Positions 55,661 to 59,957 of a DNA stretch of 59,957 bases are shown in pieces. Positions within the stretch are counted from its first letter, which is position 1. Each line of letters opens with the position of its first letter. Position numbers and translations under genes: made by a program. The stretch comes from a virus (Duplodnaviria > Caudoviricetes), in IMG/VR virus record IMGVR_UViG_3300017774_002371, positions 1-59,957 of that record; one strand, given 5' to 3'. Under the pieces are notes generated by a model that saw nothing but the letters and a program-made list of their open reading frames with translations, was not told the origin of the DNA and ran no database searches.

Positions 55661-56189
55661 TTTTCTACAGACAGACCCTGATAATTGGTGGATTGACAAA
55701 ATGTATCTGCAAACGGCTTTCGCGGTTGCACGACACAGTGTGGATCCGCGAACTCAAGTTGGAGCGGTTCTTGTTGTTCCTTCTATGGGAGTATTGCTGT
55801 CTGCTTGGAATCATGTGCCACAACAATTACATTCGGTTGGCTATCCACGAACACCCGAAATGAAAAACTACTGCACAGAACACGCAGAACGAGCAGTAAT
55901 ATTCAAAGCATTGAAAAATGGACTGCGAACGGACGGACTCACCATGTATTGTACATGGGCTGCTTGTTCGGAATGCTCTCGCTGTATTATTGAGTTTGGG
56001 ATAAAGCGAGTTGTTACTCTTTCTAGATTGGTTGATCGCACAGATGAACGGTGGAGTGATTCTATTCGCAATGGATTGGAAATGATGGAAGACGCAAGAA
56101 TACAAGTTGTTGGATGGAATGGGACTCTCGGCACTAAATACAGTATACGATTTGGTGGATCCGAAATCACGGATGAGGATTTGAAGTAA
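55650..56189 (+). CDS. dCMP deaminase-like zinc-dependent deaminase
   Basis: A..S.DPRTQVGAVLV, EHAERAVI and MYCTWAACSECSRCIIEFGIKRVV give the HxE...CxxC signature. Confidence 0.85.
   Translation: MGSDFLQTDPDNWWIDKMYLQTAFAVARHSVDPRTQVGAVLVVPSMGVLLSAWNHVPQQLHSVGYPRTPEMKNYCTEHAERAVIFKALKNGLRTDGLTMYCTWAACSECSRCIIEFGIKRVVTLSRLVDRTDERWSDSIRNGLEMMEDARIQVVGWNGTLGTKYSIRFGGSEITDEDLK
56135..56140 (+). promoter_or_regulatory. Candidate late promoter TAAATA upstream of uvsW
   Basis: CTAAATA 49 nt before the uvsW ATG. T4 uvsW is late-expressed. Confidence 0.45.
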
Positions 56190-57692
56190 ATGTTTGACCT
56201 TGATGTGACCGAAGTTGATTCCGTGAATGTTCGTGTGAACTGCGACCGTGGTATCGCTCACGAACTGTCGGACTACTTCACCTTCAAGGTGCCTGGCTAC
56301 AAGTTCATGCCTGCATACCGTTCGCGCCTGTGGAACGGTGACATCAAACTCTACAACATCCATAGCCAACTGATATACGCTGGCTTGGTGGACTACATCA
56401 AGAAGTTCGCGGACGAGCGACAGTACACCGTTACTTTCCCTGCGAAGAACGAGATCAACATCACTCCCGATGCTGTAAGAAAGTTTATGCAGGATTTCTT
56501 ACAGGTTCATGTTGGTGGCAAGAAAGTGGACGCACACGAACACCAAGTGAATGCAGTACATCACGCCATGCAGCAGGAGCGGTGTTTGCTCTTGTCTCCC
56601 ACAGGCAGCGGAAAGAGCCTCATCATCTATACCCTCCTGCGCTACTATTTGGACAAGATCCCATCGGACAAGAAGGTGTTGATCGTGGTTCCAACCGTGT
56701 CTCTTGTAGAGCAGATGCTGTCCGATTTCACAGACTACTCTTCCGCCAATGAGTGGAGCGTGAAGAGCAACTGCCACAAGATCATGTCGGGTGAAGCAAA
56801 GAACACCGACAAGCGGGTGGTAGTGTCCACTTGGCAGAGCATATACAAGCAGACCGACAAGTGGTTTCAGCAGTTCAGTGCCGTGATCGGTGATGAGGCT
56901 CACCTGTTCAAGTCCAAGTCGCTTACCTCCATCATGTCCAAACTCAAGACCTGTCCGTATCGGATAGGAACCACGGGAACCCTTGACGGTACAAACACCC
57001 ACCGCTTGGTGCTTGAGGGGCTATTCGGTCGCGCCTACGAGGTGACGAAGACAAAAGCCCTGATGGAAAAACAGATATTGAGCGATTTGAAAATAGATTG
57101 CTTGCTGCTTTCGTATCCTGATCTAGACCGAGAATCCGTGAAACGCGCCAAGTATCAGGACGAAATCAAGTGGATCATTGGCTCACCTCGCCGCAACAAG
57201 TTCATTGCAAAAATGTGCGCGTCCCTCAAGGGCAACACCCTTGTGTTATTTCAGTTCGTTGAAGATCACGGAAAGGTGCTAAATAGTCTTGTGAGGGATT
57301 GCATTGGTGAGCATCGTAAGGTATTCTTCGTGCATGGTGGAACAGAAGCCGCCGACCGAGAGGAGATCCGTAAGATCGTGGAGAACGAATCCGATGCCGT
57401 CATTATTGCCTCATACGGCACATTCAGCACAGGCATCTCCATTCGCCGCCTCCACAACATCATATTCGCGTCACCGTCCAAGTCCCGCATCCGCGTACTA
57501 CAGAGCATTGGGCGGCAGTTGCGCGTATCACAGGACAAGACCACGGCGCGTCTGTACGATCTTGGCGATGACTTGTCTTGGAAGACATGGAAGAACCACA
57601 CACTTCGGCACATGAACGAAAGAATGCGTCTGTATGAAGCAGAAGGATTTGACCACAAACTCGTCAAGATACAGTTAGGAGAAGACCTATGA
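56190..57692 (+). CDS. uvsW: SF2 DNA helicase
   Basis: ELSDYFTFKVPGYKFMP.YR...W.G.I.L, SPTGSGKS, DEAH, TGT, ASYGTFSTGI and QSIGR. Confidence 0.97.
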   Translation: MFDLDVTEVDSVNVRVNCDRGIAHELSDYFTFKVPGYKFMPAYRSRLWNGDIKLYNIHSQLIYAGLVDYIKKFADERQYTVTFPAKNEINITPDAVRKFMQDFLQVHVGGKKVDAHEHQVNAVHHAMQQERCLLLSPTGSGKSLIIYTLLRYYLDKIPSDKKVLIVVPTVSLVEQMLSDFTDYSSANEWSVKSNCHKIMSGEAKNTDKRVVVSTWQSIYKQTDKWFQQFSAVIGDEAHLFKSKSLTSIMSKLKTCPYRIGTTGTLDGTNTHRLVLEGLFGRAYEVTKTKALMEKQILSDLKIDCLLLSYPDLDRESVKRAKYQDEIKWIIGSPRRNKFIAKMCASLKGNTLVLFQFVEDHGKVLNSLVRDCIGEHRKVFFVHGGTEAADREEIRKIVENESDAVIIASYGTFSTGISIRRLHNIIFASPSKSRIRVLQSIGRQLRVSQDKTTARLYDLGDDLSWKTWKNHTLRHMNERMRLYEAEGFDHKLVKIQLGEDL

Positions 57693-58540
57693 GAGCAAGA
57701 AAAAAGCAAGAACTCAAAGTCTTCAAACTGCGTAGCGGCGAGGAGATCATTGCAAAGGTCGCGGGAAAGACAAAGGACAAGATCCGTCTGCACCGCCCCA
57801 TGCGGATACTGAACAATGTGCAGACAGATCCATACAGCGGAACCAAGCGTCATGTGATATTCTTCTCGGATTGGCTTGGCAGCACATCAGACATCACCGC
57901 CGACATTCCTCTGGACTTTGTTGTGGTGGAACTGCCTCCCGATCCTGACATGATATCTCTGTATGATCGGCAGACGGAGTTTGATGACCGTGGCGGTGCG
58001 CCACCGCAGCCAAAGCAAACCGAATCTCCGTTTGGTGAAATGAGCGAAGAAGAGGTTCAGAAACTTTCTGACAAGGTGGATCAGGAACTTGAAAGGATGC
58101 TCAAGCAGTTGGCTGAAGGCGGCTTGACGGGTGGGGAAAAGCCACCGTTTCCGCCATCGGCATTCCTGCCAGCCATTCCCGATTTCCCCCCTCCCCGCGC
58201 ATCGGATGGTATCCTGTTCTCCGTAAGTATTCCAAATGAAGTGATGCAGAGTTGGGTTGAGAGTGGATTCATAGATTATCTCATGGACTCTGTTCAGGAT
58301 TTCGTGAATACCGAGTTCATGGAAAACCTGATGAACGATGATGGGGACGAGGTTCCGAACAAGCCGAAGAAAGCCAAGAAGAAGAACAAGCGCGAGAAGA
58401 TTTCAAAGGACGAGTGGACGGAACCCACCGATGACCTGAAGAAGAAGCCCAACTACGGCAACAACCACGAAGACTGGTCGCCCTATTTGAAAGATTATTT
58501 GGATAAGCCCGAGCCTCCGAAAAATGAGGAAGAGGGTTGA
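57689..58540 (+). CDS. Hypothetical protein with a small N-terminal beta-domain (Sm-like pattern) and an acidic, Pro-rich tail
   Basis: VFKLRSGEEIIAKV...LHRPMRI. The gene sits in the conserved slot between uvsW and gp55. Confidence 0.65.
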   Translation: MRARKKQELKVFKLRSGEEIIAKVAGKTKDKIRLHRPMRILNNVQTDPYSGTKRHVIFFSDWLGSTSDITADIPLDFVVVELPPDPDMISLYDRQTEFDDRGGAPPQPKQTESPFGEMSEEEVQKLSDKVDQELERMLKQLAEGGLTGGEKPPFPPSAFLPAIPDFPPPRASDGILFSVSIPNEVMQSWVESGFIDYLMDSVQDFVNTEFMENLMNDDGDEVPNKPKKAKKKNKREKISKDEWTEPTDDLKKKPNYGNNHEDWSPYLKDYLDKPEPPKNEEEG

Positions 58541-58565
58541 CACAATACCGTTCGTGATGGATAAT
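58537..58565 (+). promoter_or_regulatory. Sigma70-type promoter for gp55
   Basis: TTGACA (58537-58542), 17-nt spacer, GATAAT (58560-58565). Confidence 0.55.
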
Positions 58566-58585
58566 GACCCTGTGAAAGGATTGAG

Positions 58586-59176
58586 ATGGCAAAGAAGAAG
58601 AGTGACCACTACATAGACAACCAACAGTTTTTTGAAGAGATGCGGGCGTGGAAGACGCTTGTGAATGCAGCAGACAAAGCAGGGGAACGGCACCCTCCCG
58701 TGACGCATTACATTGGTGAGTGCTTTATGAAGATTGCGGAGAACCTGTCCCGCAAGCCGAACTTCATCAACTATCCCTATCGTGACGAGATGATCTCGGA
58801 CGGCATCGAAAACTGCCTGCTGTACGCATACAACTTTGATCCATCCAAGTCCAAGAACCCGTTCTCGTACTTCACGCAGATCATCTACTATGCTTTCCTT
58901 CGCCGCATTCAGAAGGAGAAGAAGCAGGCGTACATCAAACTGAAGAAGATTGAGATGAGCAATGTGGATTCGCAGATGAAGAAGTGGTTCCGCGAAAACT
59001 TCCTGAAGGTGGGCGACAACTTTGAAACCCTCCCCACATTCCTGACGGAGAATGACATACAGTCGTTTGAAAAGAAGACGGGGGACACGGAAGAAGCCCC
59101 AACGACCAAGCAGTCAAAGCCAAAGACTGCTGCGAAGAAGGCAAAGAAGCCTGCAAAGAAAGGCAAGAAGAAGTGA
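58586..59176 (+). CDS. gp55: Late-transcription sigma factor
   Basis: HYIDNQQF, YIGECFMKIAENLS.KPNF.NY.YRDEMISDGIENC..Y..NFDP.KS.NPFSYFTQI.YYAFLRRIQKEKKQ. Confidence 0.97.
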   Translation: MAKKKSDHYIDNQQFFEEMRAWKTLVNAADKAGERHPPVTHYIGECFMKIAENLSRKPNFINYPYRDEMISDGIENCLLYAYNFDPSKSKNPFSYFTQIIYYAFLRRIQKEKKQAYIKLKKIEMSNVDSQMKKWFRENFLKVGDNFETLPTFLTENDIQSFEKKTGDTEEAPTTKQSKPKTAAKKAKKPAKKGKKK

Positions 59177-59957
59177 AGATCGCTATCGTGACTGATACGC
59201 ACTTCGGTGCGCGTAATGATTCCCCTGTGTTCATGGAACACTTCATGCGGTTCTTTGACCGCGTGTTCTTTCCGCGTATCCAAGCGGAGGGAATCACCAC
59301 CATCATTCACATGGGCGATTTCCTTGACCGCCGCAAGTTCGTGAACTTCCTCACGCTGAACGCCGTCCGCAACGGTTTCGTGAAGCGACTTGAGGAAAGT
59401 GGTGCGGTCATGCACTGCATTCTTGGCAATCACGACATATTCTTCAAGAACAAGAGCGAGGTGAACTCGCTTCAGGAACTGTTCTCCGACAAGTTTATCG
59501 TCCACGAAAAGCCTGTCACTCTTGACTTTGACGGACTGCCTATTGCGCTGCTGCCGTGGATCAACAAGGAGAACGAAGCGGAATGCCTGAAGTTCATCGC
59601 AGAAACTCCTGCCGACATTCTGTGCGGACATCTTGAACTGAACGGCTATCAGGTTCTGCGCGGAACTCCTTTTGACGGGGGAATGAGTCCCGAACCTTTC
59701 AAGCGATTTTCCGCTGTGTATACGGGACACTTCCATACTCGCCACTCCCGCGAGAACATCCACTACTTGGGATGTCCGTACCAAATCACCATGAACGACT
59801 ACGGTGACAAGAAGGGATTCCACATTCTTGACACCGAAACCCGTGAGTTGGAGTTCGTGAAGAATCCGCATACGATCTTCACGCAGATCCGCTACGATGA
59901 CACCGATGCCAGCGAGACTGTTCCTCTGTCGGTAGAGGAAGAGCGCACTCGCGGCAA
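59173..59957 (+). CDS. gp47: Recombination endonuclease subunit (Mre11/SbcD-like), truncated by the window end
   Basis: Not in the ORF track. The GTG start overlaps the gp55 stop: MKIAIVTDTHFGARND...HMGDFLDRRK...GNHD...GHLEL...GHFH. Confidence 0.95.
   Translation, partial: MKIAIVTDTHFGARNDSPVFMEHFMRFFDRVFFPRIQAEGITTIIHMGDFLDRRKFVNFLTLNAVRNGFVKRLEESGAVMHCILGNHDIFFKNKSEVNSLQELFSDKFIVHEKPVTLDFDGLPIALLPWINKENEAECLKFIAETPADILCGHLELNGYQVLRGTPFDGGMSPEPFKRFSAVYTGHFHTRHSRENIHYLGCPYQITMNDYGDKKGFHILDTETRELEFVKNPHTIFTQIRYDDTDASETVPLSVEEERTRG

Noticed and set aside
57280-57285. TAAATA inside uvsW (similar internal hits at 16211 and 39176)
   Set aside because: These are far from any start codon and could be chance matches, so they were not called as promoters.
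44523-57692. Introns, inteins or homing endonucleases in terminase, portal, capsid or helicase genes
   Set aside because: These ORFs are uninterrupted and of normal length, and I saw no intein or endonuclease motifs.
58909-59871. 320-aa minus-strand ORF
   Set aside because: It is the antisense shadow of gp55 and gp47. The plus-strand frame carries clear phosphoesterase motifs.
1-59957. Stop-codon reassignment
   Set aside because: Conserved genes are full length under the standard code, and TAA, TGA and TAG all occur at plausible gene ends.

Overview
This window is about 60 kb of a T4-like contractile-tailed phage genome. It covers nearly the whole morphogenesis module: gp33 and gp32, a tape-measure-like gene, gp26 with a gp51-like ORF, a gp54-like gene, gp2, gp4, gp48, gp53, a hub gene, gp5, PAAR, gp25, gp6, gp7, gp8, several large fibre/spike genes, gp13-gp23 and gp3. 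It ends with uvsY, a dCMP-deaminase-like gene, uvsW, gp55 and the start of gp47. Gene calls come from recognised motifs and synteny; no database search was run. The most notable observations are: (1) the PAAR spike-tip protein carries a ~580-aa enzyme-like C-terminal extension, next to a gp5 that lacks a lysozyme domain; (2) a likely lambda G/GT-type -1 frameshift joins gp26 to the small ORF just upstream of the tape-measure gene; (3) a G-x-[T/S/C] motif recurs across virion proteins, including inserted loops of conserved ones, and may mark a modification site; (4) gp7 contains nested LamG-like domains, one apparently split across two genes; (5) the palindromes AGCT, GGCC, CCGG and ACGT appear to be avoided; (6) late promoters follow TA[A/C]ATA, and two may drive leaderless mRNAs. 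I saw no tRNA, rRNA, CRISPR array or transposable element.
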